NCBI RefSeq assembly: GCF_963506605.1
Contig: NC_083276.1
Coordinates: 80,290,001-80,354,000, forward strand
DNA length: 64,000 nt
DNA from: Zootoca vivipara
Lineage: Eukaryota
Direction of reading: 5' to 3'
Shown: one piece after another, positions 12,701-26,000 of the stretch
Position numbering within the stretch: the first letter of the stretch is position 1
Layout of the letters: every line of letters starts with the position of its first letter
Translations under genes and position numbers: made by a program
Notes under the pieces: model-generated
Databases searched by the model: none
The model's input: only the letters and a program-made list of their open reading frames with translations
What the model was told of the DNA's origin: nothing

Positions 12701-13587
12701 TATCCCAAGGTGGGGTTTCCCTCAGAAAGGAGCAGGGCAAGGGGGATGCGAGTCAAGCAGAAACTGCTGCTAAGAAGCCAAGCAGCAATGAGACAAGTCT
12801 CAGTTCTGTTATAAACTCAGTCAACAGAGACCAGTGTGAGGTGAAGGCTGTCAAAATAGAAGCCCTGAGATGACAACAGCCATTAGGGGACGCTAATATT
12901 TGTACAAGGCTGGACAGGGGCACAGAACACAAGCCTTGGGTGCAGCCACTCTCCATCTCGCCTTTCTTGCATTTGGGGGTGCACTGGATGTTGTGAGCTC
13001 AAAACTGGGATGCTGCGGCCTCACCAGCTTTGCGTGGAACCTCAGCACATGGTCTAACATACCTCAGGCAAAGGGAAACCAACCAGCAGCAGAGAATAAA
13101 AACCCCAGCCCACCGATCATCTGAACCCCTTGGAAGGGTTCAAAACCCCGTATTTGGGCAGCTTTGCACTAGGAGAGGGTTGCGAAGGGACAGCCGCAGG
13201 AAGTGGCCCCGAGTCTGCCACCCTCCTCTGGCAGGATGGTTTTTCTGGGGGAGCTCAGCGCTAGGTTGAGCCAAGAGGCCCCGCATCAGGCTCTGAGGAC
13301 CCGGGGGCCACTCTGCCTCCCTCCCCTTCGCTCTGGCTATTCCTCCCGCCTGGGGAGCGCTTGGCGGGTTGCCGTCGGATCCCCGCCGTCGCTGCCGGGC
13401 TGCAGCCGGAGCCCGGTTCCCGTCTCTGCTCCAGGGTTCGGGGTGTCCTGGGAGGCGGGCGAGCGGGGTGGTAACGAAGAAGAGCCGAGCCTTCCACGGA
13501 CATCAGTCGCGGCCACGTGACCTCGCATCCCCCAGGGCCCTAGAACGCTGCCGGGACCCGGGACCCCGACTTACTCCGAGGCGCCAT
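9777..13587 (-). CDS. TMEM216: Transmembrane protein 216 (ciliary transition zone, MKS module), 141 aa
   Basis: Exons 13587-13575, 12513-12412, 12093-12001, 11077-10876 and 9792-9777 total 426 nt. Translation: MAPRNRQLSSTPLEILLFLNGWYYATYFLLEIFIFVYKGLLLPYPSANLALDLIMLFLYLGIEVTRIFFGSKGNLCQRKVPLAISLALTFPAAVMAAYYLLLQTYALRLEAILNAILLLFYAVELLLGVLTLAAFSSLDSY. Confidence 0.95.
9887..10005. mobile_element. degenerate palindromic hAT-type MITE
   Basis: ccagatgtt...aactccca and tggaagttg...aacatctgg form inverted arms related to the 136-bp MITE family. Other worn copies lie near 27101-27218, 31530-31661 and 33378-33435. Confidence 0.55.
11228..11484. mobile_element. Penelope-like retroelement remnant
   Basis: tccagtagcaccttagagaccaac...cttcttcagatacactgaaac and cagaccaacacggctacctacctgaatc resemble terminal sequences of reptile Penelope-like elements. 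Recognised from memory, not searched. Confidence 0.45.
11842..11908 (-). mobile_element. L2 LINE extreme 3' end with (AAT)n tail
   Basis: Reverse complement of ggggaaacccagccagatgggcagg followed by AAT repeats. The same sequence occurs at 49257-49308 and near 36670-36727. Confidence 0.65.
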
Positions 13588-13960
13588 CTTCCATCGCCAT
13601 GGAAACCGCTACGCAGGAAACCCACTTCCGGCGAAGCTCACGGCACGGAAGCGGGAGAGGGCGGAGTGGAGGGCGGAGTGTCGCGCAGCGTTCGCGGAGG
13701 CAGAAAGGTCTGGGTGGTCGGCTAAGCGCTCCCTCGCTCGCTCGCAACCAGCACGTTAGACCGAATGGACACAGAGCGGAGCCTCTTTGTGCCGGAAGAC
13801 CCGTTAGAAAGGCAAAAAGCTCCATTCGATACCGAATATCGAACCGCGTCTCTTTGGGGCGGAGGGCCAGATTCCGAGCGGAGACAGCGTCACCTCGTCT
13901 CCATGGTAACCCATGAATTCTCTCGTTCTCTCGCCTACTGACAAGGAGCGACACCTATTT
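13180..13960 (-). promoter_or_regulatory. TMEM216 CpG island promoter with X-box, YY1 and ETS motifs
   Basis: The region is CpG-dense. It has X-box-like GTCTCCATGGTAAC (13897-13910) and ATCGCCATGGAAAC (13593-13606), YY1-type CGCCATCTT over the start codon, and ETS ACTTCCGG (13624-13631). Confidence 0.75.
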
Positions 13961-14533
13961 CTTTGCTTGTTGTGTAACGGCCCCAGTTTTTCTTCCGCCC
14001 TTTCCTTACACGCACATTTTTATTTTAGATTTCACAAGTGCTTTTTTATCAGGAAGTGGAGACAACATACACACACGCACATCATACAAAGCACCTCGGA
14101 TTGCTCAGTTCACATGGCCCAAATGGCACCTAGCTCGTATAGCTCCGAAAATCCACTCGCAAATCTACCACTTAACAAGTTACCCAGCATCACATCCTGC
14201 CCTCGAAAGCATTTTTATTATTCTATCAAAGGCCCACAGCTTTCCACAATTAATTCTACTGTTAGGAGTCTTGCCCCACATTTTAGAGTACAGGTACAGT
14301 ACAAGATTTCCTGGGTATTGCGCTTTAGGAACAAGCTGTTCCCCCTCAGTGTTTATTTTTTCTGTGAATTTCATTACCTTACTCTAAACCACACGCATGC
14401 CCAGCCTAACGAAAACATCCATTTCTTTCCTATTGGCATGTTACTAAATTATATGGTTTATTTTTAATACCTCAACAGCACAACCCAGAGAACTGGTGGT
14501 AATAATCAAGCCTTGGAATGGAAAGAACACCCT

Positions 14534-14610
14534 TTTATTACCACACACCAGAGGAAAAACAATAAAGCAAGATCACCACTCTATGGTTTCTGAAAAAGAG
14601 CCAATTTATT
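14534..14610 (-). terminator. candidate polyadenylation signals of TMEM138
   Basis: Two minus-strand AATAAA motifs at 14605-14610 and 14534-14539, about 570-640 nt after the stop. Confidence 0.55.
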
Positions 14611-15177
14611 TTCTCACCATTTACAGTATAAAAATGAAAGTACAAAAGGGGAATCTAACAAGTCAATGAGAGTACATTTGCTCAGGCTGAATACTGCAAA
14701 GCCAAACCATAGTCTTTATGCCTTGTCACACTGTCAGAGGTACTAGTGAAGGCAGGAATCCTTTTCTGTCACGGGGAGTTTAGGGCATGGAAATATTCTC
14801 AAGGAGGAAAATGCAGCATTGCTACTCAGTGGGAGTTCTCAGCCAAATCTGTTTGGCACTTCAAATCGTTCCTCAGTAAGGCTGCAGCCAAATCCAGAGT
14901 GCAGTTTGCTGAACTGAAAGGAGGATTGTGGAGTGCTTGGAGACTGAGAAGCATATAGTAGCAAGCAGGGTATCCACAAAAGAGCAGTTTCATTTATGGG
15001 AGCCTAATGTGCACGAATGTAGGAAAGGGATGAAGTCATTTGATCACATGAGATTTAGAACTTGACTGTAGGAGACAATTGTAGTGGGAGGAGGGGAACT
15101 TGCTGCAAGATATTGGTAAAATCTCTGTGGACATTCTAGCAAGCTGGCCTCTGCTCCAAATGATTCAGAAGCAGCTG

Positions 15178-18100
15178 TCAACTGTGCGCTTGTGCAAACT
15201 CTTTCCGTAGCCAAAGAGAGTCCTGGTAGAAACGGGGATCTCCCAACTGCACAGCCGTCCTCTTATAGAAGTAGTAGTACAGCACAGCCACTGCAACCAA
15301 TCAGAAATAAGTCACAAGCCAGCAAGGTCAACATCTGTATCAACTTTACTGGTTTTCTTACATTCAGCTTCACCATTATCCCCCTAGCTACACTCCCCCT
15401 GCTCCCTGTCCCATCTACTTTCTGTGGGGAAGCACAGATGGAACCAGCCTCATTGATACATTTTTAAGCTTTGCTCAGCCGTCATGACACACGGGAGAAA
15501 TGAAACAGCCTCATACCCATTCTCTGGAAAACAAAAAGAGTCTGCAGCCCATCTGTCCACACAAAATAGTTGGAATTTTTCCAGCGGAGGTTCTGTGGGA
15601 AAGAAATGTATGAAACATTAAAGGCAGAAAATAGACTGTTCTTCCCAGAACAACACAAAACAATACCAACCATCCTTTCTGAATTTCTTCAGTGCCCCAT
15701 CTTTCTACCAAATTTCTTCAGAAACATGGCTCCAATTTTCCTACTCCCAATAATTTTTTTATATATTTGGGAAGCAGCAACATTCCTAACACCTCCTCTT
15801 GAAAGTTCAGAGATTACTACAATCTCAAATAAACATTCTAGAAACCATGCAACAATCCAGGACAATAAAGAAGGCCTGTGGTATCCCATTGATTGGTGTG
15901 CCCCCTTCCTATATCCCACTCAAGAAAGCTTCCACATTTTTCCCAAGTATGGTAAACCAGGACATGCGCAATTGTATCTATAAAAATATTTTCACAGATA
16001 AAATAAAAACCAAAAGTTGATCCACATTAAAATTAGACACAATATTTGTTGAGCTTGTTGGGGAAACAGAGTAATGATGTTAGTTCCACTAGAGAGTTTC
16101 CAAAACTCATGTTCCCAGTCATAATAAGCTACTCCCAGTCTTTCTTAACAGTTAAGCAACCAGACACCACATGGGATGGATGCCAGCACTAGGAGCAGCT
16201 CAGGGAGCAAAGAAAGGTTAATCGGATCAGCAGATTTATACAGAACAACCAGACCTATTCTAGCTCTCAACAACTGATCACAGAAAATCCTCTTAAATCC
16301 TCCTGCCTCACCAAGCAAGGTTTAGGAAAGCAGTAGTACCCAACTTTCAAGCTAGATTGGTTCATCTAACTTCAAAGATGAGATATTAATTCCCTAAATA
16401 ACAGATGACAAGATACTGGGACTTAATTACATTATATACCATTTTGTCCAGTGTATTCTAGGTAGGTTTACCATTTACAAATAATGGTGTGCAATCTTAT
16501 AAGAAAGAGTAAAAAAAGGAATAGGGAATGAAAAGGAAAATAGGCACATTGAGTTATTCAAAATGGAAATAAATCTTTTGTTAGACTCCGTAAAGCACTC
16601 ACTCATCTAAAGAGAGCCACAAAATTCCATAGTGAGGTACTAGATTATTGAGGCTGTAGAAATGAGAAGGTTTTTGCCTTCAATGCAGCGAATTCATATC
16701 AATGCAAGCACTGCTTTGGGATCTAAACATTCTATTCCAAGAAGCCAAGGGTGCTGTACCACGAACTTTTATGACTCTTTGGCAATACAGTGGTACCTCG
16801 ACAACCGAACGATTCGACTTCTGAAGGTTTCGACTTCCGAAGTCAACAACCCCAGAAGTCTTTTCACCCTGTGCGCAGTCGGCGCATGCGCAGAAGCACC
16901 GCTTCAACAACCGAAGACTTCGACTTTCGAAAACGGCCACGGAACAGATCGTCTTCGTAAGTCGAGGTACCACTGTATAGCCCATCATCAATGGTAAGTC
17001 ATTGCATGTCAATGACACCTGTTCATTGTAGTTGTTTGCTCCACTGAACTAAACTTGGACTGAATTGAAATATGTATCTTTCAGTTAGGCAACTGGATAG
17101 CAAGACACAAAGAACCAGGAATAAGGACCTAGTTTTTAAATCACAACATTTGTTGATATTTGAAAAGTAAATCACACACATTACAGATTATTGTGACAAC
17201 AGCAAAAAAGCTGAGTGTCAAACAGAAAATAAAGTTTGATCAACTAAAAGCTCATAGACCAAATATACTTCCTGGCCACTGTTCCAAGACAACTTCTGCA
17301 CAGCTTCCTGACGCTTCCAAATACCCTGGAAACCTACAAATCTTTTGTCCCAAATGCTTCTGTCCTCCTTCCCTTTAATTACCCAAATTACAGTGACCTC
17401 TGTTAAACTTCACAAATCTGTCTAGGAAAAAAGGTGAATGAAATAACAGTCATTAAAGCTCAAGATATGTGATATAGGACAAATGCCCAGGCACAGTGCC
17501 TAGAAGGACAAGACAAACCTAGGAGATAACTACAGATCCGAGCAAATAAAGCCAGAACAAAGAATATATTGCTCATTCTATGAGATTTCAATGATCCAAT
17601 AGGCTCACCCCAATCAACTAATAGCATAGCAAGATTAGTAGCAAGCATATAACATTTCAACCAGACTTCATTAGGACTATACTAACGCCAGTACTGAACA
17701 AATTAGTGAGACACATTCCAATACTCCATTTGTGTCCATAGCTGCAGCTGCAAATCAGCATGGGTAGTCATGTATGGCCACCTTTGACAAAACTGCAGAT
17801 AAAGTTTGGAAGTCTGTTATAAGAATCAAAATATAAATTTTCTTGTTGGCTCTTTTGAAAAAGACACCAGCCTTCCTTATTGTTGGGATTGTTTATTTGT
17901 TTTTGCTTCTTAAATAAGAAAGAGTCAAAAGATTAAGAAGAGATTATGCTGTAAGCATATTGAGCAGTGTAAAGGGATACAAAGTCTATACGTTACATTG
18001 AAAAGATGTGAAGACAGCATGAAGGTGAAATGTGTTGGTGCATGAAGCAACGAGAAACCAAGAAATTGGGTGGTGGTGGGAATCTGAAGGAGGACCTGTT

Positions 18101-20926
18101 GCCTACACAGCTTCCAAATCATAAAAGTGCCAGTAAACCAAGTCAAACAACAGTTAATAACCACTCAGCTTACACATAATCACATGTACACAACAAGCTT
18201 GCCCTCAGTAAAGACCATAAGAGGGCAACTGTGATGGAGGATGCAATCATTAACTTAGGGTGCTTTGTGTGATTTGCTATCATATGAATACAGTACATAT
18301 TAACAAAATGTACAATAGACCACTTAAATGACAACTTAGGCAATTATTGCAAGGCCAATCATTTTTCATGGATCTCAGACACAGATATCTAAAAATAAAT
18401 TAATGTGAGCAGAAGTCAGTGTAACAAGATGTCCGATGAAAACAAGAATAATGCAGCACACTGTAAATTATGCTCATCAAGAACAAAAGTATGCTTGTTC
18501 AAAAAGATATTAGAAAAAGAAGTGATTGGTATGTATGCAGGAAGTCCAGGGTGTGATGGTGAAGAATGAAGGACAGCTGAGAAAAACAGAACTGCCCGAA
18601 GGGGGAAACTGGTCAAAGAATACTGGTCAAAGAATACTGTAAGGCCTCCTGTATCCAGCTAACCATATCAATAGGAAATTCTAGCTTTATACTGACAAGA
18701 TTCTGAAAGGTTGGAAGGTGAATTAACATGCCAAGCCACAAGTATATATTGCGTTATAACAGTTGCAACAGCTAGGACCCCTTCCACTTTATCCTGTTTC
18801 ATCAGACAAGCTTTTAAATGTCTTAAATACTATTTGGTTTATCTAATCAACCTCCTTCCCAGGTCTTTATTCCTGGGAACTCCTCAGCCAACTCAATGAG
18901 ACAGCTACTGTTCTACAAATTCTGCACACATTATTTATCACACAGAAGTTGGTACAAAAACCTGAGCTCCTTTTAAAAATATAATGGGTGTTGAACTTTA
19001 GAAATGCACAGGTGGTGTTTGCAAGGGATTCCTAGGGTTCTATCTCTTCCACAGCTACCTGTCCTAACCTAACCTCTTAGTTTCTTCTATTCATCCCTGC
19101 TCTTGCACAAATTTCTTCCATTTACCATACTGCTTTTGTGTTACATCCAGACCTCCATATTAAAAAAACTACAGTGCTAAACCTGGGGGGAGCATAAAAT
19201 AAAGTTTGTTTCAATGTGTTTTCTTTGCTTGCACAATAACTCCTATATTCAGAATTTTGGCTTCCTTGATAACAATCCTCTCCTGCCTTACCATGACCCA
19301 GATGTGGAAGGATATGCTCAAAGCAAGGTATGCTGCTGACAGGACAATGGTCCCTTTAAATTTCTGGAACAGAAGATTAACCAGGCCAGCCTGGAAGACG
19401 AAGGTATTGAAGAACATGAGGAAGATGATGATGACATTGAAGAGGATGGCAATATCCTGAATGCTGTAAGACAGACAGACATTTTAATGAGAAAGAGATT
19501 GATGGATACCTTATACACAGAGGTGTACCTAGGCTCCTTTGCATCATACACACACCCTGGTCCCTTTCATGATTGCATTTCTCCACCGAAGCACCCACAG
19601 GAACCTGCATGCTTTGCCCAGCCACCCATAGTATTGGAAGAGCGGCCCAGGGAGCACACGAACAGGAGAGCAGGTTCCTAGCCACTCCAAGCCAGAGTGG
19701 AGAGGCACAATTTTTGTCCACAGACCCCAGGCCTGCACCCTTGGCAGGGGCCCACCTAACCAACTTCTAGATACACCCCTGCTTGTGGCTCTCCAAGTGC
19801 TACTGGACACCAGCTCCCCACCACCACCCATGGTCAGAGATAATGGGAGTTGTGGTCCATCAACTTTTGGAGGGCCACAGGCTCCCGACAATTGTGGCTA
19901 AAGCCTAGTACTTGGAGAACAAAAAGCACATTAACATAGCTGCAGAATTTTCACTGTCCATGCTGCCAACTGAGACGTTAGTGCACCAATTGCAGAGGAA
20001 AGGGAACCCCAAAACCCTTGCTAGAAGATTACAATGGAAATAATACCTGCTGCAGCTACCTCTATTTCGCCCCTGCTCATCACTCATTGGTGTAGAAGAA
20101 CTTTATGTAATGGTAATTGAGCTAACAGCTGCTAATACCCACAGAGAAAAGATAGAATGAATGGATTATAATAGCACCACCCTTTTAAAAATATCATTCA
20201 ACACAATACAGCCTATTAACTGCTGATGTTTCAGGAGTAGGGTAAGTATAATAATTTTCTTAGTATCTTTTATTCTACTTCATTGCTCCATTCATCTCTT
20301 CTCTGGCACTCTCTTCTTCCTGTTTTCCTGAATGAGAGTGTCCCAAGAAGAGTAGAAACAAACAGAAAGTGCATTTCTGTGCATGTTTACTCAAAAAAGT
20401 TCCACTGTGTTCAATGTGGCAGATTCTGTGCAATCCTAAACACATTTACTACGGATCAAGTCCCATTGTATACATAAAGGTTTAAGCTGCAATTCTATGC
20501 ACACTTACACAACAGTAAGCATGACTGAAAACAATGGGACTTCCTTTGGAGTCAACGAAATATAAAAGATTGCACTGTTGCTCCTGAGTAGACATACTAA
20601 CCATCTCTTCTCCATTCCAAATCACTTATTCCAGCACTAGTCTACAGTTCTATCCAAGGACCTGAAGAATAACCATGTTTTTGATCCCTACAGCTTATTT
20701 AAGATCTCATAGCACTGTTGAGCATCTTTTCAGAAACAAATGTATACAAGTCCTTAAAAAAAACCAGTGACAAGCACCCACTGTTGTGCCATACTCACAT
20801 GAAAAGCACAAGCTGGATGACGGGCGCCATGCGCAGCAACTCCGAGAAAGAGTTGACAAAGAGGTCATAGAACAGCAGTAGGAACTGCAAGGAAAGCACC
20901 AGGCTATAGTTGCTGGTTTGGAGCAT
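15178..20926 (-). CDS. TMEM138: Transmembrane protein 138 (ciliary trafficking), 162 aa
   Basis: Coding exons 20926-20799, 19463-19292, 15592-15517 and 15290-15178 total 489 nt: [18 protein letters not shown]...[14 protein letters not shown]...NLRWKNSN...[24 protein letters not shown]. The ATG exon acceptor is at 21064, and a non-coding first exon probably ends at 21670 (CAG/gtgagg). Confidence 0.96.
16788..16975. mobile_element. Tc1/mariner (Tigger-like) MITE
   Basis: Terminal inverted repeats (TIRs) CAGTGGTACCTCGAC / GTCGAGGTACCACTG are flanked by TA on both sides. The element is CpG-rich, so probably young. Confidence 0.85.
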
Positions 20927-21349
20927 CTTCCTTGCCTCGAGCCGTGGGACCTCAGTGCCTGCATCCCAGATGAGAGGGACACCTCATGCTCACACCACAG
21001 AGGGATACAAACGTTTTCCTCCAGCGTAATCACTCATAGCTCCCTTTGGGCAGAGACCTCAAACCTGCAGAAACACCAGGTGGGGGAAAAGAGGGAGAAT
21101 AAGGTGAGCAACACTTGCAATAATAGTGAAAAAGAGGCAAGTCTCAGGGGGGGGGGCGGGCAGGGCGGGGGGCATCACAAATCTGGAGCACACCACACAC
21201 AGTCTAGTACTAGAGAGCAAAGATAAACCAGTCAGAAATACAAACAATGAATAAGAATCCCTTTGTCGAAGTAAGACTGGATGCCCCATTAACTGCTCTT
21301 GCCTAGCACTGTTCTTAACACCTTTTGGTGATCTAAGAACTTTACTCTT

Positions 21350-22900
21350 GCTGCCCCTCCGTGGCTTTTCTCCTATTTCTACACAGGGGAAAGCAAAGCA
21401 CGAGGGTGGGTGGCGAGGGCTGACTGGTCACAGCCATCGCCATGGAGCTGGAAAAGGCGCTTTTTCTTCCAGGGCAACGCGGATCAAGCGCCACGGACCT
21501 CATCTCGTTGGTGATCAAGGTTTCGATCCAGGTACACGCGATCTCGTTCCGTGGGCTCCCAAGTGCCCTTGACCTCACGCTTCCCGTGTTAAGCAACAGG
21601 GCAGGGCAGGTCGCCGAGAGAAAGGCCAGGTCGCCGCTCCTGCTCGCGCTCTTTGCTCCCGGCCCTCACCTGGCGCCGCCGTTGCCCGTCCCCATAGAGA
21701 CGGCGCAGCCGCTCAGTAGAGCGTAGGAGGCAGACTGACCCGGAAGCTGCCGCGCTTGCGATCGCAGTCACAGAGTTGTAAATGACAGAGCGGACGGAGA
21801 ATTTCGTGCCCGGATAGGAAACTTCCGCCCTGCCTCTGGAAACCATTTATAAAGTCGTCCACGGGGCGGAAGTGAATGCATCTGGGAGAAACCCGTGATT
21901 CTACAGCGGCATAGAGGGGACTACATTTTTGATGCTTTGTTTTTGTTTTGTTTTTAAAAATTAAAACATGGACCAGCACACTCGGATCACATTTCATCAT
22001 CTCTAAATTGTGTGTGTCGGGGTTTGTGGCTTGGAGAGCTGCATATAACAGCCCTACAAGGACACTATTAATGGTGCAGCTCAGAAGTAGCACGAACGTT
22101 TGCATTTGCAGGTTACAATGTTACAGTAGTCTAGTTCATTTGCCTCTTCATCCAACCTCATCCACTAAACTCCGTAGACTCCACGCTACACTCGCAAATG
22201 TTTACAAGGGTGTGCGCGCGCCTCTTTCACCTGATACAAGACCCGAGTTAGAAAGATTATAGACTCCTCTCTTGGCTGCTACTTTTTGCTCGTTATGTGG
22301 GCACGGGCACCTGCTTCCCAACTATATCTAAAGTAAAATCTTCAATTTCTCCTTTGATTTCTATGAGCAGCTGAAATTCTGCGTGCAGACGACCACCGCT
22401 GGCGCTCTATTTCTCTATCTGTATGATACCTGGCGCGGAGGGCGTGGTCCCCTCCCCCTTTATTTACCCTTTGCCGCTAATTTGGCTTTTGAGCTTTTCT
22501 GGTGGATTATTACCACTTCGGTGCGAAAGAAATAATTCTCCCCTTCCTTTCTTCCTTCCCTTCGGTCTCCTTCAGCGCATTAAACTGGAACTTCCAGCAG
22601 CTGGAGCGGCATTCCACCATTTGATGAAATCAATCCGTGTTTACTGCCTCAATTTTAAAAATGCAGGCAGTCGTTCCAGTGGAATCAGACCACCGGAAAT
22701 CTATTTTTGTTTTGATATCACAGCTACAGAGCGAAATCCTGCAGGGCGATTTCAGCAGATTAAGGAGCACCTAACGCCGCTGCCAGTCTACAATAATAAC
22801 TTACTGGCGTGGAACAGGGAGTTATAGAAAAGGTTGCCAACCTGACAAAGCTCCTCCTTTGCCTTCAGCTCTTGCTGTGTGACAGTCAAAACTTCGTCAC
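21350..22900 (-). promoter_or_regulatory. TMEM138 CpG-rich promoter region
   Basis: CpG-dense, with ETS motifs CCGGAAG (~21740), ACTTCCG (~21821) and GCGGAAGTG (~21866) and a first-exon donor at 21670. Confidence 0.7.
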
Positions 22901-23024
22901 GTGACGCGTTTCCTATTAATACACCTGTATACATACCTGCAATATACCTATACCAGCTCAGTGGAATTTGCTACCAAGGAGTGTGGTGGAGTCTCCTTCT
23001 TTGGAGGTCTTTAAGCAGAGGCTT

Positions 23025-26000
23025 CCCCTTCATGGATCAATGCCTTGTCGTGGCGAAGGGGCTTGAATAACTCAGAGAAGCTATGAGCTATGCCATGCAG
23101 GGCCACCCAAGATGGACAGGTCATAGTGGAGAGTTTTGACTAAACGTGATCCACCTGGAGAAGGAACTGGCAAGCCACTCCAGTATCCCTGCCAAGAAAA
23201 CTCCATGGACAAAGACAACAGGCATATAAAAGTTATGACGCTGGAAGATGAGCCCCTCAGGTCGGAAGGCGTCCAACATGCTACTGAGGAAGAGCGGAGG
23301 ACAAGTACAAGTAGATTCAGAGCTGATGAAGCGGCTGGGCCAAAGCCGAAAGGACGCTCAGTTGCGGATATGCCTGGAAGCGAAAGGAAAGTCCGATGCT
23401 GTAAAGAAAAATATTGCATAGGAACCTGGAATGTAAGAACCATGAGTGGAGGTAAGCTGGATGTGGTCAAAAATGAGATGACAAGAATAAATATCGACAT
23501 CCTGGGCATCAGTGAACTAAAATGGAAGGGAATGGGCGAATTCAGTTCGGGTGACTATCATATCTACTACTGTGGGCAAGAATCCTGTAGCAGAAATGGA
23601 GTGGCCCTCATAGTCAACAAAAGAGTGGCAAAAGCTGTAATGGGATGCAATCTCAAAAATGACAGAATGATCTCGATACGAATCCAAGGCAGACCTTTTA
23701 ACATCACAGTAATCCAAGTTTATGCACCAACTACTGGTGCTGAAGAAAGTGAAATTGACCAATTCTATGAAGACCTACAACAACTTCTAGAAATGACACC
23801 AAAGAAGGATGTTCTTCTCATTACAGGGGATTGGAATGCTAAAGTAGGGAATCAAGAGATAAAAGGAACAACTGGCAAGTTTGGCCTTGGAGTTCAAAAT
23901 GAAGCAGGGCAAAGGCTAATAGAGTTCTGTCAAGAGAACAAGCTGGTCATCACAAACACTCTCTTCCAACAACACAAGAGACGACTCTACACATGGATAT
24001 CACCAAATGGGCAGCATCGAAATCAGATTGATTATATTCTCTGCAGCCAAAGATGGAGAAGCTCTATACAGTCAGCAAAAACAAGACCTGGAGCTGACTG
24101 TAACTCAGATCATCAGCTTCTTATAGCAAAATTCCAGCTTAAACTGAAGAAAGTAGGAAAAACCACTGGGCCAGTAAGATACAATCTGAATCAAATCCCT
24201 TATGAATACACAGTGGAAGTGAGGAACAGGTTTAAGGATTTAGATTTGGTGGACAGAGTGCCTGAAGAACTATGGATGGAGGCTCGTAACATCATACAGG
24301 AGGCAGCAACGAAAACCATCCCAAGGAAAAGGAAATGCAAGAAAGCAAAATGGCTGTCCAACGAGGCCTTACAAATAGCGGAGGAGAGGAGGCAAGCAAA
24401 ATGCAAGGGAGATAGGGAAAGATACAGGAAACTGAATGCAGATTTCCAAAAAACAGCAAGGAGAGACAAGAGGGTCTTCTTAAATGAGCAATGCAAAGAA
24501 ATAGAGGAAAACAATAGAATGGGGAAAACCAGAGATCTGTTCAAGAAAATTGGAGATATGAAAGGAACATTTCGTACAAAGATTACCATAATCAAGGACA
24601 AAAGTGGTAAGGACCTAACAGAAGCAGAAGACATCAAGAAGAGGTGGCAAGAATACACAGAGGAATTATACCAGAAAGATATGGAGGTCTCATACACCCC
24701 AGGTAGTGTGGTTGCTGACCTTGAGCCAGACATCTTGGAGAGTGAAGTCAAATGGGCCTTAGAAAGCATTGCTAATAACAAGGCCAGTGGAAGTGATGAT
24801 ATTCCAGCTGAACTATTTAAAATTTTAAAAGATGATGCTGTTAAGGTGCTACACCCAATATGCCAGCAAGTTTGGAAAACTCAGCAATGGCCAGAGGATT
24901 GGAAAAGATCAGTCTACATCCCGATTCCAAAGAAGGGCAGTGCCAAAGAATGCTCCAACTACCGCACAATTGCACTCATTTCACACGCTAGCAAGGTTAT
25001 GCTTAAAATTCTACAAGGCAGGCTTAGGCAGTATGTGGACCGAGAACTCCCAGAAGTGCAAGCTGGATTTCGAAAGGGCAGAGGAACCAGAGACCAAATA
25101 GCAAACATGCGCTGGATTATGGAGAAAGCTAGAGAGTTCCAGAAAAACGTCTACTTCTGCTTCATTGACTATGCAAAAGCCTTTGACTGTGTCGACCACA
25201 GCAAACTATGGCAAGTTCTTAAAGAAATGGGAGTGCCTGATCACCTCATCTGTCTCCTGAGAAATCTCTATGTGGGACAAGAAGCTACAGTTAGAACTGG
25301 ATATGGAACAACTGATTGGTTCAAAATTGGGAAAGGAGTACGACAAGGTTGTATATTGTCTCCCTGCTTATTTAACTTATATGCAGAATTCATCATGCGA
25401 AAGGCTGGACTAGATGAATCCCAAGCCGGAATTAAGATTGCCGGAAGAAATATCAACAACCTCAGATATGCAGATGACACAACCTTGATGGCAGAAAGCG
25501 AGGAGGAATTAAAGAACCTTTTAATGAGGGTGAAAGAGGAGAGCGCAAAATATGGTCTGAAGCTCAACATCAAAAAAACCAAGATCATGGCCACTGGTCC
25601 CATCACCTCCTGGCAAATAGAAGGGGAAGAAATGGAGGCAGTGAGAGATTTTACTTTCTTGGGCTCCTTGATCACTGCAGATGGTGACAGCAGTCACGAA
25701 ATTAAAAGACGCCTGCTTCTTGGGAGAAAAGCAATGACAAACCTAGACAGCATCTTAAAAAGCAGAGACATCACTTTGCCGACAAAGGTCCGTATAGTTA
25801 AAGCTATGGTTTTCCCAGTAGCGATGTATGGAAGTGAGAGCTGGACCATAAAGAAGGCTGATCGTCGAAGAATTGACGCTTTTGAATTATGGTGCTGGAG
25901 GAGACTCTTGAGAGTCCCATGGACTGCTAGAAGATCAAACCTATCCATTCTTAAGGGAATCAGCCCTGAGTGCTCCCTGGAAGGACAGATCGTGAAGCTG

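Noticed and set aside
13203-13954. Cluster of overlapping Arg/Pro/Gly-rich ORFs (similar clusters at 21342-21846, 26568-27226 and 56199-57446)
   Set aside because: They result from stop-codon scarcity in CpG islands. Only the short identified exons are coding.
13913-14467. 184-aa ORF between TMEM138 and TMEM216
   Set aside because: It has no recognisable domain or splice support and is probably a chance ORF.
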